Assembly (NCBI GenBank): GCA_021604805.1
Contig: BQJR01000004.1
Span: 513,794-577,793 of the forward strand
DNA: 64,000 nt
Direction: 5' to 3'
Origin: Planctomycetota bacterium
Lineage (GTDB): Bacteria > Planctomycetota > B15-G4
In this document: piece after piece, positions 43,320-51,510 of the stretch
Layout: each line of letters starts with the position of its first letter
Numbering within the stretch: the first letter of the stretch is position 1
Position numbers and translations under genes: made by a program
The notes under the pieces: generated by a model
The model's database searches: none
Told to the model about the DNA's origin: nothing
Seen by the model: the letters and a program-made list of their open reading frames with translations, nothing else

Positions 43320-45623
43320 ATGCACACAGCTTGCTGCCACCTCGTCGCGGCGCGCCGGTTTCGTTTCGGCGCGACGACTCCAGGACGCCGTGACGCGCGG
43401 ACTCCCGAGCGCGTCGTCGTGCAGGCTCCAGGGGGCCATGTCGCGCTGACTCCGGGGCACTTCGTCGCGCGGGCTCCAGAGCGCTTCCTCGCGCGGATCC
43501 GCATCGGGCTGCTCAGCGTGGTCTCGTTCGCGACACTCGGCGCGGTGCTGAATGCACAAGCCGGCGAGCTGCCGGAGCAGGAGCGCGACGGCCGTGTGTG
43601 GTCCTTTGCCGCGGACCCCGGTGAGCTCGACGGCCTCTCGCAACTCGGTGACGAGTCCGACGACCTGCCGCGCCCCGTGCTCCTCGCCGGCGACGCCGAT
43701 GCCGACGGCGACGGCGTGCCCGACCTCGCGATCGCCTCGCCCGGCACCGACGAAGTCCGCGTGCACTCGGGCAAGACCGGCGCGCTGCTCAGCACCCTCG
43801 CCAACCCGTCCCCCGGGCTCACCTTCGGGCGCGAGATCGCCTTCGCCGGCGACACCAACGGAGATGGCCGCAGCGAGATCCTGATCGGCTTCGGCGCGGA
43901 ACTCGGCGGCGCGCTGTCCACGGGCGGCGGCGCCGAGGGAGTCTCCGACCGCGGTGTGCAGCTCTTCGCGCTCGAAGGTGGCGACGCCCTGCACACACTC
44001 GATGAGATCGACGACGCGCTCGCCTTCTGCGGCCTCGGCGATGTCAACGGCGACGGCTTCTCCGACTACGCCGTCGCGCGGCACGACTCACCGATGGGCA
44101 TGCGCAGCGTGGAAGTGCGCTCGGGCGCCACGTCGGCCGTGATCCGCACGCACAGTCAGCTCATCGACGACAACGCCTTCCTCGACTTCGGCGCGCGCGT
44201 GGCCGGCGTGGGCGACCTGAACGCCGACGGCGTGCCCGACCTCGCCGTGTCTGCGCCCGGAGCCGAGCTCGCCATCGACGAAGGCGGCGCGCTACCGCTC
44301 GCGGGTCGCGTGCTCGTGTACTCGGGCGCGAACGGCAGCGAGCTGCTCGACATCGCGGGCCCCGCCGGCGGCGCGCGCTTCGGCCTCGCGTTGCGCGCCG
44401 CCGGTGACCTGAACGGTGACGGCACCCGCGACCTGGTCGCCTTCAGCCAGAGCGAGAACCCCTTCGAGCTGCTCACCGGGAGCGTGCACGCCGTGTCGGG
44501 CTCCGACGGGAGCGAACTCTTCCAGGTGCAGAGCTCGCTGGCCACGTCGGGCTCCGATGCGGCTGGCAACATGCTCGGTTCCGGCCGCTTGGTGGATGCC
44601 TGCGGCGCGGGCGATGTGAACGGCGATGGCTTCGACGACGTCGTCGCCGCCGTGATGCTCGACGCCGGTCTCGACGCGCCGGCCCTGCGTGTGTTCTCCG
44701 GTGTCGACGGGAGCTTGCTGCGCGGCCTCGCGCTGCCCGACGGCGAAGGCGTCGTGCTCGTCTCGCCCGCCGGAGACCTGAACGGCGACGGTCACGCCGA
44801 GCTCGCCGTGACCACGCGCGGAGCAGGCGGCGCGGCCGGTCTCGCGCAGGTCGTGTTCGGCGGCGACCCGTGGTTCGGCACGCTCGGCGACCGCGTGCAG
44901 CACATCACCAGCCCCGACGCGAGCGACGCGTTCTTCTTCGCAGCCGTGAAGGGCACGCGCCTCAAAGCCGCGCTCAAACGCCTGAAGCAAGGCACGCTGC
45001 TCCCCGCGCTCGACGTGATCGGCCCGCTCCCGTTCACCGACTCACTGATCGGCGAGCAGCCGCTGCTCGCTGCGAACGGCAAGTCGGTGAAGTTGCCCAA
45101 GAACTTCACGCTGCCCGACACCGGCGTCTATCGCATCGAGGTCTCGGCGGGTGACGGCAACGCAGGCGCCTACCAACTCAAAACGAGCGGCGGCAAACCG
45201 AAGGTGTCCGGCGTGATCGACGCCGGCGGCCCCGACGACGAGCCCCCGGTGGTGCTGCCGGGCCAGAAAGTGATCGGCACAGTGGAAGCAGGCGAGGTCA
45301 CCTCCACCGTGGTCCCCGCCGTAGCCGGTTCCGAAATCACCATCACCGTGAAGCGCGGCAAGGGCAGCGCCCTCAACCCCGAGTTCGGCCTGCTCTTCCA
45401 AGGCGTCACCGACCTGATCTTCATCTTCCCCGAAGGCACCGCGATCAACCCCAAGACCGCCCGAGTCAAAAAGTTCACCCTCCCCGAAACCGGCCTCTAC
45501 CGCATCGAAGTCAGCGGCGCCAACAACAGCGCCGGAACCTTCACCCTCCGCACAAAACAAAAGCCCCCAAAAGGCAAAACAAAGTCAAAGCTGCCCACCC
45601 CCCTAAACCAAACACCCCAATAG
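43320..45623 (+). CDS. FG-GAP repeat protein with two C-terminal PPC-like beta-sandwich domains (start uncertain)
   Basis: 'DADADGDGVPDLAIASPG', 'DTNGDGRSEILIG', 'DLNADGVPDLAVSAPG', 'DVNGDGFDDVVAA'. The C-terminal duplicated blocks are 'FTLPDTGVYRIEVSAGDGNAGAYQLKT' and 'FTLPETGLYRIEVSGANNSAGTFTLRT'. The hydrophobic signal-like segment (LLSVVSFATLGAVLNAQA) sits ~60 aa after the listed ATG. Confidence 0.75.
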   Translation: MHTACCHLVAARRFRFGATTPGRRDARTPERVVVQAPGGHVALTPGHFVARAPERFLARIRIGLLSVVSFATLGAVLNAQAGELPEQERDGRVWSFAADPGELDGLSQLGDESDDLPRPVLLAGDADADGDGVPDLAIASPGTDEVRVHSGKTGALLSTLANPSPGLTFGREIAFAGDTNGDGRSEILIGFGAELGGALSTGGGAEGVSDRGVQLFALEGGDALHTLDEIDDALAFCGLGDVNGDGFSDYAVARHDSPMGMRSVEVRSGATSAVIRTHSQLIDDNAFLDFGARVAGVGDLNADGVPDLAVSAPGAELAIDEGGALPLAGRVLVYSGANGSELLDIAGPAGGARFGLALRAAGDLNGDGTRDLVAFSQSENPFELLTGSVHAVSGSDGSELFQVQSSLATSGSDAAGNMLGSGRLVDACGAGDVNGDGFDDVVAAVMLDAGLDAPALRVFSGVDGSLLRGLALPDGEGVVLVSPAGDLNGDGHAELAVTTRGAGGAAGLAQVVFGGDPWFGTLGDRVQHITSPDASDAFFFAAVKGTRLKAALKRLKQGTLLPALDVIGPLPFTDSLIGEQPLLAANGKSVKLPKNFTLPDTGVYRIEVSAGDGNAGAYQLKTSGGKPKVSGVIDAGGPDDEPPVVLPGQKVIGTVEAGEVTSTVVPAVAGSEITITVKRGKGSALNPEFGLLFQGVTDLIFIFPEGTAINPKTARVKKFTLPETGLYRIEVSGANNSAGTFTLRTKQKPPKGKTKSKLPTPLNQTPQ

Positions 45624-45873
45624 CAGTCGCAGTCGCAGTCACAGTTGCAGTTGCAGCGCAGCCACAGTCGCTGCCGCTGTGCAGTTGCCGTTGCCGTTGC
45701 AGTTGCCGTCGCTGTCTGTCCCAGCGTCACCGGCCGTGTCACGGCGGCGCGCGCCGGGGAACGCTGCGAAGGAATGTTCGAGCCGAAGGCGAGCCATTCC
45801 TTCGCAGCGTTCCCCAGGCAGCGCCGCACGAGGCCCGTCCCGAGTGCGCCAGCCCCGAGTGCGCCAGCCCCTT
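45624..45873 (+). repeat. Composite long-hairpin intergenic repeat, copy A (reference orientation)
   Basis: A hexamer array (CAGTCG/CAGTTG/GTTGCC) spans 45624-45718. A perfect 21-bp inverted repeat follows: GGGGAACGCTGCGAAGGAATG (45756-45776) and CATTCCTTCGCAGCGTTCCCC (45795-45815), with an 18-nt loop. The outer flanks GCGGCGCGCGCC / GGCAGCGCCGC extend the stem. CGAGTGCGCCAGCCC occurs twice at 45841-45870. The element fills the whole gap between the two convergent stop codons. Confidence 0.85.
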
Positions 45874-47742
45874 TCACCCCCGATAAACCGCCACCACCTC
45901 GTCCTCCAAAATCGCCGCCCCAAACGCCGCCTCCAACGTGCCCTGCAACGCCTGCACCTGCCCCGCCCCCCGCGTCCGCTCCTCGAGATGCCCCCACTGA
46001 CGCACGTGCATCAACTCCTCGCGCGCAAAGCAGAACGGCGCCCAGATCACGCCCTTGGGCCCTTCGAGTGCAGCACGCTTCCGCGGCACGAGCTTGTGCA
46101 ACACCACGATGTTCACCCGCGACGCCTGCATCTGTGCGCGCAACGCGGCGACACGCCCGCGAGCGAGTTGCGCTTCAGCGGCTTGCCAGGCATCGGTCGC
46201 GGCGCGCTGTTCGGGGCCCAGCGCGAGGTCGGTCACGTAGCCCTGCGCCACGGGGTGACCGTGCACGGTGGCGAGGTGATTCACGCGCGCTTCTTGTGAG
46301 CCGCCGAGCACGGGCAGGTGCACCACGCCTTGCACGTCGCGTTCCACGGCGAGCAACTCGATGGCCTCCGACGGCGACACGTCGAAGGTGCGCACCGGCG
46401 CGGGCGCGAACTCGAGCGCCATGAGCAACACGGCGCCGGCCATGAACACGCGGTGCGGACGCCCGGGCCCTGAGCGTCGACTCCAAGTTCCCCAGCACGA
46501 CGCGAGCAGGATCGCCACGCAGAACTGCACGAGCAACAGGAAGCGATCGGGTTTGCGGAGCATGGAGAACAGCGGCAAGTCCACGAGCGCCGCCGACGGC
46601 AAGGCGCTGCCCGTGCTCTCGCCACCGATGCTCAGCGTGGGTCCGAGACTCATCACGAGGAACACGAGCGCGAGCACGAGCCAGTAACTCTGCTTGAACA
46701 GCCCGCGCCACCCGAGCGCGAGGAAGAGCAGCGTGCTCCAACCCAACATCGTCGGCCAGGAGACGAGCCACTCTTCGGGCGGCCCCTTCCACAAGAAGCC
46801 GAGCAGGTCGTTGCTGCGCATCGCGGCACGGCCGCTTTCCGACGCGGCGTCGCCGGCTCCCGCGCCCGACAACATCGCGGAGATCAACGGCCAAGCCACG
46901 AGCGCCACGGCAGCGGCGGCCGCCACGCCAGCGCCCACGAGACGCTTTGCGCCTGTGAGCCAAGGTGTTTCCGGCGACCACCACTTGCCGCCGAGCACCA
47001 ACAGCGCGCCAAGCCCGCCGGCGTACACGAGGTAGTACTCGGAGGTGGCCGCGAGCCAAGCCGCCGAGAGCGCCACGCCGAGCATGCGTCCCGCGCCACC
47101 GCGTCGCCAGCAACACACCATCGCCCAGACGGCGAGCGGCAAACCCTCCATCGAACCCAGGTTGAGCTGCGCGAAGTAATAGAGGTGGAAGGGCGCGTGC
47201 GCGTAGAGCACGCCGGCCAGGATCGCGCCGGCACGACACCCGGTGAGTTCGCGCGCGAGCTGACACATGGCGAAGCCCGCCAAGGTCATGTGCAACAAGA
47301 GCAGCCACTTGAAGGCGTCGTGCGGGGAGCCGAGTTGCGAGAGCTCGCCGCCGAGCAGAGCGTTGCCCGGCGAGAGCGTGTGCCGCGCGAGGTCGACGCC
47401 GCGCGGCCAGTGCAGCGCCTGGGTCTCGAAGGGCGAGATGCCTTGCTCGACGACCGCCTCGTGCATCCACCAGAAGTTCCAAGTGTTGACGAAGTAGTCG
47501 CCGCGTCGCGCCACGGCCTGGTCGGGGGACCACGCGAGCGGCCATGTGAGCAACACCGCGAGCGCCGCGAAGAGCGCGAACTCCTTCAGGCGCGGGAGGA
47601 AGCCGGCACCCGGTGCGAGCGCGCAACTCCCGTCGCCGGGGGCGGGCTCGCCGGCAACGACGCCGCTCGCGGAAGACTCCAGCGCTCCGGGCGACGCAGC
47701 GGACGCGGCATCCGGCGCGGGCTCCTGCGGCGCGTCACTCAT
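45874..47742 (-). CDS. Large polytopic membrane protein, GT-C/YfhO-like (putative lipid-linked-sugar-dependent glycosyltransferase)
   Basis: About 12 hydrophobic segments. The N-terminal loop 'DYFVNTWNFWWMHEAV...HWPRGVDL' resembles GT-C/YfhO-type proteins, and there is a C-terminal soluble domain. The ATG at 47742 shares one base with the upstream stop (TGATG). The family call is tentative. Confidence 0.7.
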   Translation of the reverse strand: MSDAPQEPAPDAASAASPGALESSASGVVAGEPAPGDGSCALAPGAGFLPRLKEFALFAALAVLLTWPLAWSPDQAVARRGDYFVNTWNFWWMHEAVVEQGISPFETQALHWPRGVDLARHTLSPGNALLGGELSQLGSPHDAFKWLLLLHMTLAGFAMCQLARELTGCRAGAILAGVLYAHAPFHLYYFAQLNLGSMEGLPLAVWAMVCCWRRGGAGRMLGVALSAAWLAATSEYYLVYAGGLGALLVLGGKWWSPETPWLTGAKRLVGAGVAAAAAVALVAWPLISAMLSGAGAGDAASESGRAAMRSNDLLGFLWKGPPEEWLVSWPTMLGWSTLLFLALGWRGLFKQSYWLVLALVFLVMSLGPTLSIGGESTGSALPSAALVDLPLFSMLRKPDRFLLLVQFCVAILLASCWGTWSRRSGPGRPHRVFMAGAVLLMALEFAPAPVRTFDVSPSEAIELLAVERDVQGVVHLPVLGGSQEARVNHLATVHGHPVAQGYVTDLALGPEQRAATDAWQAAEAQLARGRVAALRAQMQASRVNIVVLHKLVPRKRAALEGPKGVIWAPFCFAREELMHVRQWGHLEERTRGAGQVQALQGTLEAAFGAAILEDEVVAVYRG

Positions 47743-49214
47743 CAGCGGGCCGTCGAACGAGCGAAGAGGATCGGTCCCCAACTGCCGCCCGAGCGGAGTT
47801 CCCAGCGGAAGAGCTTCTTGGCGAGGCCTGGCGCGATCACGTTCAGGAAGGGCGAGCCGTGGTAGACCGAGCCGAAGGTCTCGATGGCGAAGCCGTTGCG
47901 CTCCAGCGCCGCGCGCAGTCGCTTCGGGTGGAAGCGGCAGATGTGTTGCGCGCCGCCGCCCATCTCGGCGCCGCCACCGAAGCGGTCCACGATCCATTCG
48001 AGCATCGGCCAGGTGCTGCGGTAGTTCGGCGTGGTGAGCAGCAGCTGTCCGCCCGGCGCGAGCATGCGTCGCAACTCACTCAGATAGAGGTCGACGGTGT
48101 CTTCGGGCAGGTGCTCGATGACCTCGAGCACGACCACCTTCTGGAACGAACCCGACGCGAAGGGCAGCTGCGTGATGTCGGCGGCCACGCAGCGCACACC
48201 GACACCGCCGTCGCTCGCCAATCCGCGCAGGTAATCCATGGTGGCCGGGTTGCGGTCGGTGGCGTAGGAGAAGCCCACGCGCTCGGCGGTGCGCGTGGGG
48301 ATGTCGCTCGAACCGGCGCCGACTTCGAGCACGCGATCGGTGGGCAGGAACTCGAGTTGGTCCTCGACCATCGGCCACTTCTGCGCGTGCCAGAAGCGCT
48401 GCACGGGGTGGCCGTGCTCGCGCGCGTGGTGCTGGTAGTTCTTGGCGAAGCGGTCGGCGAGCACGCCGCTGCGACGCAGGCGTTTCACCTTGGCGCGCAC
48501 TGCCCACAGGCGACGCAGCATGCGCCACCCGTCGCGGAACAACTTCACCGTGCTCGGCTGATGTCGGTAGACGAGCACCACCGGCAACTCGGCGATCTCC
48601 TGGTTGCTCAGCTCGAGCAGCGCGAGGATCTCGAGGTCGAAGGCGAAGCGATCGGCTTCCACTTGCGGGAAGAGTTCGCGCGCCACCTCGCCGCGGTAGG
48701 CCTTGAAGCCGGCCTGGATGTCCTGCACGTGCAGGCCGAGCATGCGTCGCGTGATCCAGCCGAACACGCCGCCGACCACGTGTCGACGCCCCACGTAGGC
48801 GAAGTCTCGCGGGTTGAGTTGGAAGCGCGTGTTGGGGTCGCGACGGTTGGCGATGCTCGCGCCGGCGCCCGCGATGAGCGCGTCGAGGAAGGCTTCGGCG
48901 TCGTCGAGCGAGTAGGTGGCGTCGGCATCCACGGTGAGCACGTACTCGCCGAGCGACGCGGCCACGGCAGTCTTGAGCGCGGCGCCCTTGCCGCGGTTCT
49001 CGTCGTGCGTGAGCACACGACACTCGGGATGACTGCCCGCCCAGGCCTCGAGGATCAGCGCGGTGTCGTCGCTGCTGCCGTCGTCGACGGCGATCACTTC
49101 GCAAGGGCGACGCAAGCGCTGGATGAGCGCGTGCACCTCGTCGAGGGTCTGCGTGAGACGCGCCTCGCCGTTGTACACGGGCAACACGATCGTGAGGTGC
49201 AGGGGCTCAGCCAT
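47742..49214 (-). CDS. Fusion of Dpm1-like family-2 glycosyltransferase and class I SAM methyltransferase
   Basis: The N-terminal half has 'LTIVLPVYNGEARL', 'VIAVDDGSSDDT', 'RGKGAALKTA', 'VLTVDADATY', 'QAGFKAYR'. The C-terminal half has 'VLEVGAGSSDI' and 'LAPGGQLLLTTPN'. The start overlaps the upstream gene by 8 nt (ATGGCTGA). Confidence 0.85.
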   Translation of the reverse strand: MAEPLHLTIVLPVYNGEARLTQTLDEVHALIQRLRRPCEVIAVDDGSSDDTALILEAWAGSHPECRVLTHDENRGKGAALKTAVAASLGEYVLTVDADATYSLDDAEAFLDALIAGAGASIANRRDPNTRFQLNPRDFAYVGRRHVVGGVFGWITRRMLGLHVQDIQAGFKAYRGEVARELFPQVEADRFAFDLEILALLELSNQEIAELPVVLVYRHQPSTVKLFRDGWRMLRRLWAVRAKVKRLRRSGVLADRFAKNYQHHAREHGHPVQRFWHAQKWPMVEDQLEFLPTDRVLEVGAGSSDIPTRTAERVGFSYATDRNPATMDYLRGLASDGGVGVRCVAADITQLPFASGSFQKVVVLEVIEHLPEDTVDLYLSELRRMLAPGGQLLLTTPNYRSTWPMLEWIVDRFGGGAEMGGGAQHICRFHPKRLRAALERNGFAIETFGSVYHGSPFLNVIAPGLAKKLFRWELRSGGSWGPILFARSTAR

Positions 49215-50643
49215 CGGAGTCGGCACCGCCCTTCGGGGAGTCGTTCGCGCCGTCGTCCGGGTCGACGAAGTCGTCGTCGCCACCGAGGTAACCGAGCGCG
49301 CTCAACTGCTCGCCCGTGTCGCCGCTCGTGTCTTGCAAGCGGGCCTCGAACTTGATGCCGCTCGGCGACGCCGCACGCGTGAGCGCGCCGAGTTGCTGCT
49401 TGCCCACGCCGCCGGACAAGGCCTGCAGCTCGCGCGGATCGACGGCCAAGTCGTAGGCGTCGGCACCATCGCGACGCGGCACGCGCACGCCGCCGAGCAG
49501 CACGCGCCTCACGACTTTCACGTCGCCCTCGATGAGCGCATCGGTGTGCCACTTGAAGGCCGACATGCTCGCGTAGAGCGGGCGGTCAGGCGTGGGCGTG
49601 TCGGGCGTTCGTCCTGCGGCGACGGTTTCGATCCAGGGATGCCACGAGAAGCCCGGCAGCGTGATCGGCTGGCCCGCGCGCGACACGCCGATCCAGTCGA
49701 GCAGCGTGGGCAGCACGTCGACCGCGCTGGCAGCATGCGGCACGCGCACACCGGCGGGCACCGGCGCGCCCTGCAGCACCATGAGCGGCACGCGTAGGTT
49801 GAAGTCGTGCATGGTCTTCTTGCGGCGACGGAACTGTTCGCCGCGGCCCACGCTCTCGTCGTCGCCGAGGTCCTGGCCGTGATCGCTGGTGAGCACGAAC
49901 AACAGGTCGCCGTCGTAGCGCGCGCTGAAGAACTCGTGCAGCTCGGCGATCTTGTCGTCGATCCAACGCACGGAACTCGTGTAGTCGTGCTCGAAGGGCG
50001 CGTGGTCCCAGGGGCCGTGCACGTCGATGAAGTGCACGTAGGTGAACTCGTGTTCGGCCACGTCGCGCTGCGACCAGTGCGCGATCACTTCGGGGTTCAC
50101 CGTGTCGGCGAACATGTCGGTGGTCCAGGCACTGGGTTTGCCGGCCCCGTGCTTGCCACGCTTGTTCCCGAGGTCGTTGATGAAGGCGTCGATCTCGTAG
50201 TGGTCGAAGCCCTCGTGGAAGGAGTTCCACGTGTTCAAGAAAGGGTTCGTGACGAAGCCCGCCGTGGCGAAGCCGGCCTCGCCGAGCGTTTCGTGGAGCA
50301 GCTCGATCTCGGGGTCGAAGGTGAGCAGCTGGTTGCCGCGGTCGGTGCCGTTGGCGCCGTGCTGCTGCGGGTAGAGGCCCGAGAACAGGCTCAGCACCGA
50401 GGGGTACGTCCACGGGGCGGTGGAGCGCATGCGCTCGAACGTCACGCCGCGCTCGGCCAGCGCCGTCACGCGCGGCATCTCGGCGGCGGCGGTGTCGGCG
50501 CGCAGCTGGTCCACGAGCACCAGCACCACGCCGCGCGGGGCATCGTGGCTCAAGGCTGGCGCGGTGGACTCAGGGTGCGCAGGCCCGCACGCGACCAGGC
50601 AGCTGGCAGCAACGAGCAGGCGGAGCACGGGCGACGCGATCAT
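49207..50643 (-). CDS. Lipoprotein, alkaline-phosphatase-superfamily (sulfatase/NPP-like) hydrolase, paralogue of 29063..31447
   Basis: MIASPVLRLLVAASCLVACG has a lipobox. Also seen: 'VVLVLVDQLRADT', 'APWTYPSVLSLFSG' (Thr nucleophile position), 'FVLTSDHGQDLGDD', and a C-terminal 'LSALGYLGGDDD'. Confidence 0.8.
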   Translation of the reverse strand: MIASPVLRLLVAASCLVACGPAHPESTAPALSHDAPRGVVLVLVDQLRADTAAAEMPRVTALAERGVTFERMRSTAPWTYPSVLSLFSGLYPQQHGANGTDRGNQLLTFDPEIELLHETLGEAGFATAGFVTNPFLNTWNSFHEGFDHYEIDAFINDLGNKRGKHGAGKPSAWTTDMFADTVNPEVIAHWSQRDVAEHEFTYVHFIDVHGPWDHAPFEHDYTSSVRWIDDKIAELHEFFSARYDGDLLFVLTSDHGQDLGDDESVGRGEQFRRRKKTMHDFNLRVPLMVLQGAPVPAGVRVPHAASAVDVLPTLLDWIGVSRAGQPITLPGFSWHPWIETVAAGRTPDTPTPDRPLYASMSAFKWHTDALIEGDVKVVRRVLLGGVRVPRRDGADAYDLAVDPRELQALSGGVGKQQLGALTRAASPSGIKFEARLQDTSGDTGEQLSALGYLGGDDDFVDPDDGANDSPKGGADSDG

Positions 50644-50762
50644 CGAGGCAAGCTTATCAGCCAGACGGGCGCGAGCCGCGTCGAGGAAAGAGCCGCGCGA
50701 ACGCTCGGCCAGGGAGGGTCCGGGCGCCCGCGCGGCAACCGTAGGCAGGGGTCGCTCCCGAC

Positions 50763-51299
50763 CTACGGCAAGTAGAAGATCCCGGTGGCGGGGTCGAGGG
50801 CGAGCACGCGCAGGCTGTCGCCCGCGCGCAGCGTCACGCCGCCGCCGGCGAGTGGCACGCCTTGGGAGTCGAAGATCGCGGCCTTGCCGGCGCTGCCGAA
50901 GTCCGCAGAGCTGATGTCGACGCCGCCGCCGAAGGTCGAGCCGCGCGCGTCCACGACCCAAGCGCTCTGGGTGAGCGGGTCCTGCACGAGGGCGCCGCGT
51001 TCGTCCACGATGCCGAGTCGATCACTGGAGACGTCGAAGAGCACGCCGTGCGGCTCGTGTGTGCTGCGCGCCAGCTCGCGGGCGCGCGCCGCAGCCTCGC
51101 GCACCTGCATCTCCATGACCTCGAGCAGGTGTTCGTGACGGGCAGTGCTGTTCAGACCCACCACGCCCGCGAGCACACCGAAGATCGCCAGAACCACCAG
51201 CAACTCGGCGAGCGTGAACCCGTCCGCGCGGAGCCGCGCGCGCAGGCGCCGCGCCGAACACGCGGCAGGCGCGTTGCCAGGCAGGTCGGGCGGAGTCAT
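50763..51299 (-). CDS. Prepilin-type N-terminal methylation-domain protein (GspH/FimT-like pseudopilin), solitary
   Basis: 'RADGFTLAELLVVLAIFGVLAGV' is the G/FTLxE prepilin cleavage-methylation motif plus a hydrophobic helix. Only the last 178 codons of the listed ORF look coding. Confidence 0.75.
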   Translation of the reverse strand: MTPPDLPGNAPAACSARRLRARLRADGFTLAELLVVLAIFGVLAGVVGLNSTARHEHLLEVMEMQVREAAARARELARSTHEPHGVLFDVSSDRLGIVDERGALVQDPLTQSAWVVDARGSTFGGGVDISSADFGSAGKAAIFDSQGVPLAGGGVTLRAGDSLRVLALDPATGIFYLP

Positions 51300-51510
51300 G
51301 TGGGTGCGTCTCCCTTGTGGTTCGGAGACCGCCGTGGGGCGCTCGCGAGATGTTGCCGTGGTCTGCGTTCTGCACTCTCTCTCCCCCGCAGGTCTCGCGC
51401 CGTGTTGCCGCGCCTCGCGAGAGGCTCTTGGGGTCTGGACGCTCCTGTCGACCGCAGGTAGGGGTGAGTTGAGCACCCACTGACCCGACTGCGCGCGCGG
51501 CCCTCGGCAA

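Noticed and set aside
43400-43495. 48-bp direct repeat (GACTCC...GGCTCCAG x2) in the 5' region of the second FG-GAP gene, and the 'RRFRF' string as a Tat signal
   Set aside because: The two units match at only about 70 percent of positions by hand alignment. The RR motif is not followed by a hydrophobic h-region. Together these only make the true start codon of this gene uncertain.
43191-44084. Upstream ~300 codons of ORF 42576..44084 (minus strand)
   Set aside because: Only the last 204 codons (the nitroreductase) look like protein. The remainder is antisense to the FG-GAP gene and its 5' region.
45756-45815. Hairpin cores considered as integron attC sites (imperfect inverted repeats with an extrahelical base at gene 3' ends)
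   Set aside because: There are no RYYYAAC / GTTRRRY core sites at the stem ends, no integrase or attI in the window, and the flanking genes are convergent chromosomal genes and not a unidirectional cassette array.
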